Assembly (NCBI GenBank): GCA_934090935.1 | Contig: CAKOKD010000001.1 | Location: 290,571-354,570 of the forward strand | Reading direction: 5' to 3' | Origin: an uncultured Bacilli bacterium | Lineage (GTDB): Bacteria; Bacillota_I; Bacilli_A; RF39; UBA660 | DNA length: 64,000 bases | Part shown: positions 28,893 through 38,378 of the stretch, in pieces | How positions within the stretch are numbered: the first letter of the stretch is position 1 | Layout: each line of letters begins with the position of its first letter | Notes under the pieces: generated by a model | Seen by the model: only the letters and a program-made list of their open reading frames with translations | Databases searched by the model: none | What the model was told of the DNA's origin: nothing | Made by a program: the position numbers and the translations under genes

Positions 28893-29675
28893 GTGAATAT
28901 TATAAAAAATAAAGTTGAAATAAATGGAATAAATACAAATGATTTAAAAGTTTTAAAAAAAGAAGAAATGGATGAATTATTTAAAAGATATAAAGAAGGA
29001 GATTTGCTTGCTAAAGAAAAACTTGCTACGGGAAATTTACGTCTAGTTTTATCCATAATTAAAAATTATAATAATGGTAAAAATGATATGAATGATCTGT
29101 TTCAAGTTGGATGTATCGGGCTTATGAAAGCTATTGAAAACTTTGATTCTACATTTAATTGTCTTTTCTCAACATATGCAGTTCCTTTAATTTTAGGTGA
29201 AGTTAAAAGATATATAAGGGATTCTAATACTATAAGAGTTACTAGAAGTATCAGAGATCTTGCTTATAAAATTATGAAATATAAAGATTTATATCAAAGT
29301 ATTCATGGTGTAGAACCTAAAAATGAAGATATTTTAATGGAACTTGGTATAACAGAATATGAGCTTAAAGAAGCGTATGATTCTTTAAGAGAACCGATGA
29401 GCATATATGATCCAATTTATAATGATGGAGGAGATACAATTTACTTATTAGATCAGCTTAAAGATGAGAAATGTGAAAGCATCGATAAAGATATTATTAT
29501 TTCTTTAAATCGAGCTTTAAAATATATTAAAGAAAGAGAAAGAAACATTTTAATATCAAGATATATTATTGGTAAAACTCAGACGGAATTGGCTTCTGAA
29601 TTAGGCGTAAGTCAAGCTCAGATATCAAGAATAGAAAAAAATGCCATAAATAATGTGAAAAAGTATATTAAATAA
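28893..29675 (+). CDS. sigG: sporulation sigma factor SigG-like
   Basis: NKVEINGINTNDLKVLKKEEMDELF...GNLRLVLSII...DLFQVGCIGLMKAIENFD...STYAVPLILGEVKRYIRD closely parallels B. subtilis SigG (NKVEICGVDTSKLPVLKNEEMRKLF...). Exact start uncertain (GTG). Confidence 0.8.
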   Translation: MNIIKNKVEINGINTNDLKVLKKEEMDELFKRYKEGDLLAKEKLATGNLRLVLSIIKNYNNGKNDMNDLFQVGCIGLMKAIENFDSTFNCLFSTYAVPLILGEVKRYIRDSNTIRVTRSIRDLAYKIMKYKDLYQSIHGVEPKNEDILMELGITEYELKEAYDSLREPMSIYDPIYNDGGDTIYLLDQLKDEKCESIDKDIIISLNRALKYIKERERNILISRYIIGKTQTELASELGVSQAQISRIEKNAINNVKKYIK

Positions 29676-29703
29676 TGTATAATAATCTCAAGTGAGGTAA
29701 ATT

Positions 29704-30960
29704 ATGAAGTATTTGAATTTTAAAAACGATTATACATTAATAAAGACTGATAAAATAGATACAGTTGTATTTACATTTGTTTTTCCAGTTAGTTATGTTA
29801 AAGGAGAAATGGCATATTTTAAGATACTTAACGATATAATAACTCAAACAAGTGAAAAGTATCCTGATAATGGTGAATACAATAAAGCTAGAATTAAAAG
29901 TGGTGTAGTTGATAATCTATTAACTTTAAAATCTATTGGTTCAACATATTTTTTGAAATATGAATTTGAAATACCGAGAGAAAACTTAATCAAGGATTAT
30001 AGTATTGAAGAAGCATTTTCTTTTGCAATAGATTCTTTGATGAAACCATTTATTAAAGATAAAAAATTTGATCAATCTCAATTTGATTATGAAAAAAATT
30101 ACCTAATTAGAGCCGATAAATTGTCTGATGAAAATATTGATTCTTCTAATGATAAAAAATTATGGGATATAGTTGATAAAGAAGAGTTAACAGGATTAAC
30201 AAGTGAACATTATAAAGAAGCATTAGAAAAATTAAATAATGAAAGATTATATGAGCTATATCTAGAAAACATCTATAATAATAAACCATTTATATACGTT
30301 TATGGAAATATAGAAAGAGAAACTTTAGATAAATTATTTGATAAATATTATCCTTTAAGTAAGAATGAAATAAAAGTTGAAAAAAATTACATGACTTTAT
30401 TGCCAGTTGTTGCTGAAGATTATATTGAAGTACCAACTAAGTTTAATCAAACTGAAATTGTTATGGTATATCAAGTAGACGTTACCGAAGATAATTATTT
30501 TAGGCTACATCAACTTAGAGATTTCTTATCTTCAAAGGAAAACAATTTAATATTTAAAACTTTAAGAACGGAACATAATTTGGTTTATCATGCAGGAACT
30601 CATACTAGAGCAAGATCAGGAATATTATTTGTTGATGCTTTGATACAAGATAAAAATATAGATGAGGCTACTAAATTAGTTAATGGAGTATTTGAGAGTT
30701 TAAAGGATAAAAAAGTTTTAGCTGAATGTTTAAGCAAAGCACAAAAATATGTTAGTTATGATTTGTTGGTTGAGGAAGATAATTCATTTAATGAATTAAG
30801 GAAAGTAAAAGATGCTGATTTAGAATTAAATGGTTTGGAAAAAGTAGCAAAATTGTATGAAGAAACAACGGTTGATGATATGCTTGATTTTATTCAAAAT
30901 GTAAAGCATACAAGTACAATTATATTTAGAGGTGTAGGAAATGATAAAAACAACGATTAA
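29704..30960 (+). CDS. M16-family peptidase-like protein lacking the HxxEH motif (non-catalytic partner)
   Basis: M16-like length and topology, paired and overlapping with the following active M16 gene. Confidence 0.55.
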   Translation: MKYLNFKNDYTLIKTDKIDTVVFTFVFPVSYVKGEMAYFKILNDIITQTSEKYPDNGEYNKARIKSGVVDNLLTLKSIGSTYFLKYEFEIPRENLIKDYSIEEAFSFAIDSLMKPFIKDKKFDQSQFDYEKNYLIRADKLSDENIDSSNDKKLWDIVDKEELTGLTSEHYKEALEKLNNERLYELYLENIYNNKPFIYVYGNIERETLDKLFDKYYPLSKNEIKVEKNYMTLLPVVAEDYIEVPTKFNQTEIVMVYQVDVTEDNYFRLHQLRDFLSSKENNLIFKTLRTEHNLVYHAGTHTRARSGILFVDALIQDKNIDEATKLVNGVFESLKDKKVLAECLSKAQKYVSYDLLVEEDNSFNELRKVKDADLELNGLEKVAKLYEETTVDDMLDFIQNVKHTSTIIFRGVGNDKNND

Positions 30961-32191
30961 AAAACTAAAAAATGGTCTTACAATGGTTTTAGTTGAAGAT
31001 AAGAGCAAAAATCAAACATCAGCTGTTTTGACGGTTAAATACGGAACAAAAGTAAGTCATGTAAAGGTCGGAGATGAAATCATTGAAATTAAACCGGGTC
31101 TTGCTCATTTACTTGAACATACTTTAATAGAAAATAGTATTTATGGTAATGTTTCAGCTTACTTCAATGATAACTATGTTAATTATAATGGCTTTACTTC
31201 TTCAAAAACCACTTATTTTCCAATTAAAACTATAAAAGATTTTAAAAAACATTTAAAAGTATTACTAGACTATATAAACATTATAGATTTTAATGAAGAA
31301 AAATTGGAAGAGATAAAAAAGCCTATTGTTGATGAAATCATTAGAAGTAAAGATAGAGTTCATTATAAATTTAATGAAGCTGTTTATTTTCTTGTTAATA
31401 ATAAGACAAGATTTGTCGGAAATTTAGGAGAAATTGATGATGTATTAAAAATAAGTGTAGAGGAATTAAGTCGAGTTCATGAGATTATGTATCAACCAAG
31501 CAATCAAATACTTTCTATAAGTGGAAACTTTGATACTGATGATATATTAAAATATGTAGAAGATATATATGATGAATATAATATTCCGGTTATAGAGTAT
31601 CAAATCTTGGATGAAGAGGATACTTATGAATATGAAAAAAATGAAATTACTATTATAGATGAAAAGTATGATCCAATCTGTTCGTTAGAATTTAAAATAG
31701 ATTTAAGTGACTTTACAAATGAAGAAAGATTGAAAATAGATTATTATATTTCATATTTTTTAACATATAATTTTTCAGATAACTCAAAAGCTTATAAAAG
31801 AGTTAAAGACGAACATCTTTCAGCTTTTTCATTTTCTTGTTCAAAAGATTTTATTACGCCTAATGTTTTAGGAGTTAGAGTTGTTTTAAATACAACTGAA
31901 CATGATAAGGCAAGGGGTATCATTCAAGATGTATTTGATAATCTTTATATGGATAAGGAATATTTTGAATTATGGAAGAGAGAAAGCTTAATTGATATTA
32001 TTAAAAGAGAAAAGAATCATAATCTAATTAGAAAAAGTCTTATAAACAATATATTGGATTTTGATATTTATTATAATGAAGGAATAGATTTTATAGAAAG
32101 CATGAGTTTTGAAGAAATGAAAAACTTAATAGAAAGAATGGATTTCAGCAATTATTTATTTGCTAAAGAATTTAAAGATGTAAAGGAATAG
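30941..32191 (+). CDS. M16 (pitrilysin-family) zinc peptidase with HLLEH
   Basis: Inverted zincin motif GLAHLLEHTLIE near the N-terminus. Confidence 0.75.
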   Translation: MIKTTIKKLKNGLTMVLVEDKSKNQTSAVLTVKYGTKVSHVKVGDEIIEIKPGLAHLLEHTLIENSIYGNVSAYFNDNYVNYNGFTSSKTTYFPIKTIKDFKKHLKVLLDYINIIDFNEEKLEEIKKPIVDEIIRSKDRVHYKFNEAVYFLVNNKTRFVGNLGEIDDVLKISVEELSRVHEIMYQPSNQILSISGNFDTDDILKYVEDIYDEYNIPVIEYQILDEEDTYEYEKNEITIIDEKYDPICSLEFKIDLSDFTNEERLKIDYYISYFLTYNFSDNSKAYKRVKDEHLSAFSFSCSKDFITPNVLGVRVVLNTTEHDKARGIIQDVFDNLYMDKEYFELWKRESLIDIIKREKNHNLIRKSLINNILDFDIYYNEGIDFIESMSFEEMKNLIERMDFSNYLFAKEFKDVKE

Positions 32192-32279
32192 ACAAATAAT
32201 ATTCTTAAAAACTCATCTTATGATATAATTAACTTATAGGGAATATGATGTACTCTAAAAAATAGAAAGAAGTGAATTT

Positions 32280-33458
32280 ATGGGATTATTAAAAGCAACA
32301 ACTAATTCAATATCTCAAGTTGTTGGAGATCAATTTAAGGAGTTTATTACTCCTGCTACTACTGATAAATCAGTTTTAGTTCAAAAAGGTGTAGTAAATC
32401 ATGGTGTTGGAAATACAAATCCAACTGAGGGTATTATCACTAATGGAAGTAAAATAGTTATACCTGAAGGATATGCAATGATGATTGTTGATAATGGAGC
32501 AATCAAAGAATTTAGTGCTGAAGCTGGAGAATTTATTTGGGATCAATCAAGTGAACCAAGTGTATTTGAAGGAGGTTTCTTTAAAGGAATAGGAGATTCA
32601 ATTAAAAGGATTGGAAATCGTATTACTTTTGGAGGTCAAACTGCTCATGATCAAAGAGTTTACTATGTAAATCTTTTAAATATTACTGGAAATAAATTTG
32701 GTTCTACTAATACAGAAACAATTTTTGATCCAGTTTATGGAAGCGTTGAAATTACTTTCTTTGGAGAGTATTCATTTAAAGTAATAGATCCAACTATTTT
32801 AATAACTAATGTTTTGGGTTCTATGCCTAAGGATGAAGTTAGTGTTGATGATGTAGTTGGTGGTCAATTAAAGATGGAATTTACAAGCAATGTTTCAACT
32901 TGTATAGCTGATTTAATGACTTCTAATAATATTTCATTTAATACAGTTCAAAAGTATAAAAATGAAGTAGTTAAAGTGATGAATGATTTACTTGATGAAT
33001 CTTGGGTTAAACAATATGGTTTAGAGATTCAAGATATGGCACTTAATATCAATGCTAGTGATGAATCTAAAGCAATTATTAGAGAAGTTGATTCTGAGAT
33101 ATCAAGAGAAAAACGTCGTGGAGATATGTATGCTGCAAATCCAAGTGGTATGATGGCAGCTGCTACAGCTGATGCAATGGTTAATGCTTCAAAAAATGAA
33201 AATGGAGCAATGATGGGATTCATGGGAATGAACATGAGTCAAAATGTTGGAGCAAATGTAATGGATAGTGCTAATAATATTACACCAAGTCAACCAACTC
33301 AAAACGTTAATCCAACTGAAGTTGTTATGTCTAATGTAAATGTTGAAGAAAAAAAGGAAAGTGTTGAAGAGACTTCAAATACTCCAAAATTCTGTTCAGA
33401 CTGCGGAACTCCAGTAACTGGAAAATTCTGTAGTTCATGTGGAAAACAACAATATTAA
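32280..33458 (+). CDS. SPFH/band-7-like domain protein with C-terminal zinc-ribbon (CSDCG...CSSCG)
   Basis: N-terminal about 250 aa resemble the SPFH-like bacterial family; C-terminal CxxC...CxxC. Confidence 0.55.
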   Translation: MGLLKATTNSISQVVGDQFKEFITPATTDKSVLVQKGVVNHGVGNTNPTEGIITNGSKIVIPEGYAMMIVDNGAIKEFSAEAGEFIWDQSSEPSVFEGGFFKGIGDSIKRIGNRITFGGQTAHDQRVYYVNLLNITGNKFGSTNTETIFDPVYGSVEITFFGEYSFKVIDPTILITNVLGSMPKDEVSVDDVVGGQLKMEFTSNVSTCIADLMTSNNISFNTVQKYKNEVVKVMNDLLDESWVKQYGLEIQDMALNINASDESKAIIREVDSEISREKRRGDMYAANPSGMMAAATADAMVNASKNENGAMMGFMGMNMSQNVGANVMDSANNITPSQPTQNVNPTEVVMSNVNVEEKKESVEETSNTPKFCSDCGTPVTGKFCSSCGKQQY

Positions 33459-33470
33459 TAATTAATAAAA

Positions 33471-33497
33471 TAATCGCAGTAATGCGATTTTTTTTAT
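33471..33497 (+). terminator. intrinsic terminator after the 32280 gene
   Basis: AATCGCAGTAATGCGATT plus T8. Confidence 0.65.
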
Positions 33498-33670
33498 GTG
33501 TTTTATTTTTTTAGGTTCTAATTTTGTCGACATTTGTCGGATTTATTGACAAGGTAAATAAAGTATATATAATACAAACTCGAGAAGCAGAAAAAGATGC
33601 TTATCACTTCCAAACTAGAGGCTAAATTATTCGGGGTTTTGGTTAAAGGAGTACGAGAGGAAGTGATACG

Positions 33671-33754
33671 ATGAAAAAAGATAATCATATAAGATTACTT
33701 TATCTAATCGTTTTTATATTGTTAATAATAATTTTAAAATTATTATGTCAATAA
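33671..33754 (+). CDS. small hydrophobic peptide (27 aa, MKKDNHIRLLYLIVFILLIIILKLLCQ), candidate type I toxin, copy 3
   Basis: Conserved ORF, RBS paired with the upstream TATCACTTCC. Confidence 0.5.
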   Translation: MKKDNHIRLLYLIVFILLIIILKLLCQ

Positions 33755-33838
33755 AAAAAGCATCTTTATTCTACTGAATAAGGATGCACCGCAAAATGTG
33801 GTAAGCATCAGCCTCAAAAGAAAACTTCTGCTTCTCAC
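33753..33838 (-). ncRNA. putative antisense sRNA, copy 3
   Basis: Minus-strand TTGTAA-17-TATATT then GTGAGAAGCAG; ends at the hairpin plus U7. Confidence 0.4.
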
Positions 33839-33895
33839 TAAAATAAATATAACATTTTTCAATATAAATTACAATGATAATAAATAAATACACTT

Positions 33896-34010
33896 TACGC
33901 ATAATAAAAATGAATATGCAAAATACAACGAAAATGTTGTATAATATAAGATATAATACAACTGCAAAATAAAACAGACGACAAAAGTTATGTAAAACAA
34001 GACAATGCCC
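33896..34010 (+). promoter_or_regulatory. conserved AT-rich leader shared with the 56241-56353 region (contains TGTTGTATAATAT, a possible second promoter)
   Basis: CATAATAAAAATGAATAT.CAAAA.ACA...AAAATGTTGTATAATATAAGA...GACGACAAAAGT.ATGTAAAACAA...AATGCCC is conserved between 33896-34010 and 56241-56353. Confidence 0.45.
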
Positions 34011-34045
34011 TTGAAAATCGGGGGGGGTATTATAAAATAAAAAAG
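34011..34045 (+). promoter_or_regulatory. family promoter with a G8 homopolymer (TTGAAA-atc-G8-TATTATAAAATA)
   Basis: G-run at 34020-34027. Confidence 0.6.
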
Positions 34046-34065
34046 TAAGATGCGAAGGTGTAGAA

Positions 34066-36180
34066 ATGAAGAAAACGACAATAATGCTAGTTACTGTTTT
34101 ATTTATGATAATAGGATATGCAGCATATAATGCAACTGTAAATATATATGGATTAGGTAAGATATCAGAAAATATAAGTGACTTTAAGGTATATTTAGAT
34201 AATTTAAAAGTAAATGATACAGAAAATACAGGAATAAATGATGTAAAAGATGAATTTACAATAGATAATGTAAATGGAAAAATAAGTGTAGATATAGTAA
34301 ATGATTCAACAGAATATGATACAGAAAGTTATCTTGAGTGTGCAAGTATAGTAACACCAGATAAAACTGAATGGAGATTTGATTATACAGGTGCTGAACA
34401 AACATTTACAGCACCAATGTCTGGAACATATAAGCTTGAGACATGGGGAGCTCAAGGTGGAAGTGTTGGAAACTATACTGGTGGCTATGGGTCATATTCA
34501 ATAGGTGATTTATATTTAACACAAAATAGTAAAATTTATATTAATATTGGTGGAGCTGGTACAACTGGAAAATTGGATGCATCATTTGTTGTAACTCCTG
34601 GTGGCTATAATGGAGGTGGAATAAATACTTCAGATGTCTATGGTTATGGAGCTACGGGCGGAGGAGCGACTCATATATCTACAACATCAGGTCTACTTTC
34701 AGAAAATGCGAATAATTTATCAAACTTATTAATCGTATCTGGAGGCGGCGGAGGAAGTGGGCAAGAAAGTGGATTAGGATATTGCTATGGAGGTTCCGCT
34801 GGAGGAATATCAAGCACCAAAGGTTATTCTAATCCAAATCGATATTATGCTCCAGGCGATGTTGGTACTCAAACAACAGGTTTTGCATTTGGTAAAGGCG
34901 GAGATTCAAAATCTTGGCTTGGATCCGGTGGAGCAGGTTTATATGGAGGCTATTCTGGATGTGGAGGCGCGGGAGGCTCGAGTTATATCGGAAACTCACT
35001 CTTAACAGAAAAATCAATGTACTGTTATAATTGTACTGAATCAACTGAAGAATCAACACGAACTATAAGTACTACATGCACAAGTGCAACACCAACCGAA
35101 AACTGTGCAAAACAAGGTAATGGATATGCACGTATTACTCTAGTTTCAAGTGACGAAATAGAAAAAATATCAACAGAAGTGGTAACTATAGAAGCCCAAG
35201 ATAAGAAAAAAGTAACCTTAGAAAATATAAATACAGGCAGTTTAACTTGTAAGTTAAAAGTTAATAAATTATCACGAACAACTAAAGAGGAAAAATATAT
35301 AGGTCCAACAGAATGGACATTTGATTATACAGGAAGCGAGCAAACTTTTACAGTACCAATAAGTGGAACATACAAGCTTGAAACATGGGGAGCACAAGGT
35401 GGAAATGCTATTTATACAAATTATAGTGGTACTGGTGGTAAAGGATCATATGCAGGTGGAGTAATTGAATTTAATGCAAACACAAAAATATATGTTTATG
35501 TTGGTGGAAAAGGTACGAATGGCAATAATTCAAGAGCCGCTACTTTAATTGAGGGTGGTTACAATGGAGGAGGTAACAATCAATCTTTAGATTCTGCATC
35601 ACCTGCTGGAGGCGGAGCAACCGATATTAGATTAACAAATGGATTATGGAATAACTTTGATTCTCTTAAATCTAGAATAATGGTTGCTGGAGCTGGAGGC
35701 GGATCTGGAATAGAGAATGTAGGTGCTCCAGGAGGATTGAATGCTGGAGTCTATGGAACTCTATATGGAGGAAACGGAACTTCAACTTCAGGTGGAGCAG
35801 CTGGTACTGGATATAGCCACAATAGTGGAGCAACAAACGGAACATTTGGAGTTGGTGGAAACGGTGGACGATATATCACAGGAGCTGGAGGTAGTGGTTA
35901 CTATGGCGGAGGCGGAGGAAATCATTATTCGCCAGCTACCTCCGGAGGTGGAGGCGGCGGTTCTTCTTTCATCTCAGGACATGACGGATGTGATGCAATA
36001 TCCGAAAACTCTACAGCATCAAATATAATACATACAGGTCAATCTATACATTATAGTGGATATTATTTTACTCAAACTATAATGAAGTCTGGAGACGAAA
36101 CAATGCCAAGTCATGATGGGAAAAGCACTATGACAGGAAATAGTGGTAATGGATACGCACGTATTACGTTAATAAAATAA
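34066..36180 (+). CDS. secreted glycine-rich repeat protein (family-type leader plus short N-module plus two tandem Gly-rich modules)
   Basis: MKKTTIMLVTVLFMIIGYAAY leader. Two repeats each start EW.FDYTG.EQTFT.P.SGTYKLETWGAQGG and end GNGYARITL. Runs of GGGGG, GGATDIRL and VAGAGGGSG. Confidence 0.8.
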   Translation: MKKTTIMLVTVLFMIIGYAAYNATVNIYGLGKISENISDFKVYLDNLKVNDTENTGINDVKDEFTIDNVNGKISVDIVNDSTEYDTESYLECASIVTPDKTEWRFDYTGAEQTFTAPMSGTYKLETWGAQGGSVGNYTGGYGSYSIGDLYLTQNSKIYINIGGAGTTGKLDASFVVTPGGYNGGGINTSDVYGYGATGGGATHISTTSGLLSENANNLSNLLIVSGGGGGSGQESGLGYCYGGSAGGISSTKGYSNPNRYYAPGDVGTQTTGFAFGKGGDSKSWLGSGGAGLYGGYSGCGGAGGSSYIGNSLLTEKSMYCYNCTESTEESTRTISTTCTSATPTENCAKQGNGYARITLVSSDEIEKISTEVVTIEAQDKKKVTLENINTGSLTCKLKVNKLSRTTKEEKYIGPTEWTFDYTGSEQTFTVPISGTYKLETWGAQGGNAIYTNYSGTGGKGSYAGGVIEFNANTKIYVYVGGKGTNGNNSRAATLIEGGYNGGGNNQSLDSASPAGGGATDIRLTNGLWNNFDSLKSRIMVAGAGGGSGIENVGAPGGLNAGVYGTLYGGNGTSTSGGAAGTGYSHNSGATNGTFGVGGNGGRYITGAGGSGYYGGGGGNHYSPATSGGGGGGSSFISGHDGCDAISENSTASNIIHTGQSIHYSGYYFTQTIMKSGDETMPSHDGKSTMTGNSGNGYARITLIK

Positions 36181-36259
36181 ATAAAATATTATTCCTCTTT
36201 TTTCGACAAATTTTTCTCTTTTCTATTGGTAGAATAACTTTAAGAAATGAGGAAAAAAT

Positions 36260-36760
36260 ATGTATGGAATTTTAAAAAATATAGAAAGCTTTGAATATTA
36301 TAAAACTGTTAAATTATTGGATCTTATTGGTAAAGAAGATAAATTATGTCAAGATGTTTTAGATCGAAGAATTAAAGAATTGGTTAGAATATCAAGTTCT
36401 TATGAACAATATATCAATGATATGAACTTAATTAAAGAAACAGCTCAAAAGCTTATAAATGATAATTATTTAGAAGATGCATTAAATGTTTTTTTGAGTG
36501 CTTATCAAACATTTAAATATGTAGATTTATTATATTATGCAGGAAAAACTTGCTATTTACTTGGCGATATCAATAGTTCTATTGAATATTTCAGACGCTA
36601 TATCATGTTTGGAGGCTACTTAAAACTTGATAAGGTTTATTATTATCTATCTTTAAGTTATAAGGACAAGAATTATGAAAGTGAAAGATTCTTGAATTTA
36701 TCTAAAAGATATAATGATTTGTATGGAAAACATTATTATGATTTTAAATATAACCATTAA
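36260..36760 (+). CDS. hypothetical protein
   Basis: GAGGAAAAAAT ATG; no motif recognised. Confidence 0.45.
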   Translation: MYGILKNIESFEYYKTVKLLDLIGKEDKLCQDVLDRRIKELVRISSSYEQYINDMNLIKETAQKLINDNYLEDALNVFLSAYQTFKYVDLLYYAGKTCYLLGDINSSIEYFRRYIMFGGYLKLDKVYYYLSLSYKDKNYESERFLNLSKRYNDLYGKHYYDFKYNH

Positions 36761-36777
36761 AAAAACTAAAAGAAATT

Positions 36778-37152
36778 TTAGTTTTTTAGTGTATTAAAAG
36801 TTTCTTCTACATCAGAAATATCCGAATCGTCTTTATATATTGGCAATATATGAAGATGAAAGTGTTTTACTTCTTGGCATATTCCATGATTTGTTATAAG
36901 TCTAATTCCATCACAGTTCATCTTTTTATATAAAAGTTCGCTCATTTTTTTAGCAACTTCATTTATGTGAAGTAAAGTTTTGTCATCAAGTGTATAGAAG
37001 TCACTTATATGCGTCTTAGGAACAATTAACATATGACCATTTTCTTTAGGGTTTACGTCAAGAAAAACTTTAACTATTTCATCCTCATACAATGTATATG
37101 AAGGGATATCATTATTTATTATTTTACAAAAAATACAATCTTTCAATTTCAT
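36778..37152 (-). CDS. HIT-family (histidine triad) hydrolase
   Basis: CIFCKI...HLHILP histidine triad. Confidence 0.8.
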   Translation of the reverse strand: MKLKDCIFCKIINNDIPSYTLYEDEIVKVFLDVNPKENGHMLIVPKTHISDFYTLDDKTLLHINEVAKKMSELLYKKMNCDGIRLITNHGICQEVKHFHLHILPIYKDDSDISDVEETFNTLKN

Positions 37153-37213
37153 CACCAATATTAGTATACAATTTTTTACAATTCTTGCATAGACTAAATT
37201 AGGAGGTATGATT

Positions 37214-37729
37214 ATGGCCTATTACAAAGAGATTGTAACTAAAGCCGTTATTGGAAAGGGTAAAAAAACAAAAAGTGAAGAATATGTTATAACAACGGAT
37301 GAAAAAATTGACAATGTACTTGGATGTTGGGTAATAAATCATAATTTTAGAGGATCTATTGTGAATAATTCTATCATCGTAAATGGAAGTTATGATGTTA
37401 ATATCTGGTATTCTTATAACAATAATACTAAGACGAATGTTATGATTAAAAAATTTAATTATGAATACCCTATGAATGTTAGTTTAAAAGAAAATTCATC
37501 CCTAACTAAGGATTCAGAGATTATTGTAAGGACGCTTTCTCAACCAAGTGTAGTTGATGTTAATATAGATGGACTTGATATCCATTTAACAATCGAAAAG
37601 CAATTAGGAGTAGAAGTTATTGGTGATACAACCGTAAGAGTAAGTGTTGAAGACACATTTGATGATTATGAAGAAATCGAAGAAAATACGATGGACGAAA
37701 TCGATGTTACTGATGATTATTTAAAATAA
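37214..37729 (+). CDS. cotE: spore coat morphogenetic protein CotE-like
   Basis: YKEIVTKAVIGKGKK...LGCWVINH...YDVNIWYSYNNNTKTNV... parallels B. subtilis CotE (YREIITKAVVAKGRK...GGWIINH...YDINVWYSY.DNTKTEV), with an acidic C-terminus. AGGAGG RBS 7 nt before ATG 37214. Confidence 0.75.
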   Translation: MAYYKEIVTKAVIGKGKKTKSEEYVITTDEKIDNVLGCWVINHNFRGSIVNNSIIVNGSYDVNIWYSYNNNTKTNVMIKKFNYEYPMNVSLKENSSLTKDSEIIVRTLSQPSVVDVNIDGLDIHLTIEKQLGVEVIGDTTVRVSVEDTFDDYEEIEENTMDEIDVTDDYLK

Positions 37730-37777
37730 ATTTGAAAAAATAAACATTTTTTTGTATACTTATAATAGAGGTGGCAA

Positions 37778-38301
37778 TGATGGAGATTAAGGATGAATCT
37801 GGAAAAACATTTGAAATCGATGCAAGAGAGATTATGGATGTAGACTATAATAAAACATATGCTAAGTGTTATTACTCAAAAAGTAGAAGTGAAGAGGTTG
37901 AAATTGCAGATGGCTCTTTACAATCTGTACTTATGAGTTGTTCTTATCCTAATGATATCCAAAAATTTCAAATATATAATAAAAGACATATATTAATAGA
38001 TGATATAGATTTATGGATTCCATGTAATCAAGGTGTTTTTGTTTATAATGGTGAAAAAATAAATGCACTACGATACTATAGCCTTCATAATGAAGCATTA
38101 CCAATAGGCGAATTTGATCCCGATTTAGGAAGAGAAATAACATTTAACGATTTATGTTCTCAAACTTATGTTGTTTATAAAGATGGAACAGTTGATAAAA
38201 ATCCAAGTGCAGCTATGATAACTATTTCTGAATTGATAAAGCTATATGGAAAACAAAGTCAAATGGAGGTTGAACAAGATAAACCTAAAATGAGCCCTTA
38301 G
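37778..38301 (+). CDS. hypothetical protein
   Basis: AGAGGTGG RBS; no motif recognised. Confidence 0.45.
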
Positions 38302-38378
38302 GCTTTTTTTTTTAATCTTTTTATGTTATAATGTTCTCACGCGAAATACTTTTTTAATTTAATTAGGAGATGAATTTA

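Larger units (their letters stand above)
33521..33860 (+). repeat. R3: third copy of the about 345-bp cassette
   Basis: TTGACA 33546-33551, TATAAT 33578-33583, ORF 33671-33754, hairpin 33760-33787, CTTCTCAC about 33831-33838. Confidence 0.8.

Noticed and set aside
7312-33860. CRISPR array
   Set aside because: Only three copies, 345 bp long, spaced 9-17 kb apart with internal ORF and promoters. No short regularly spaced repeats anywhere in the window.
34787-36028. Internal ORFs 34787-35005, 34829-35059(-) and 35741-36028 inside the Gly-rich gene
   Set aside because: Alternative frames of the GGN-rich repeat region; the long frame carries the signal peptide and repeat structure
37159-37213. 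Sigma-E/sigma-K-type promoter upstream of cotE (CATAGACT at about 37192)
   Set aside because: Only a partial match to the sigma-E -10 consensus (CATACA.T) and no clear -35 at 14-nt spacing; too weak to call
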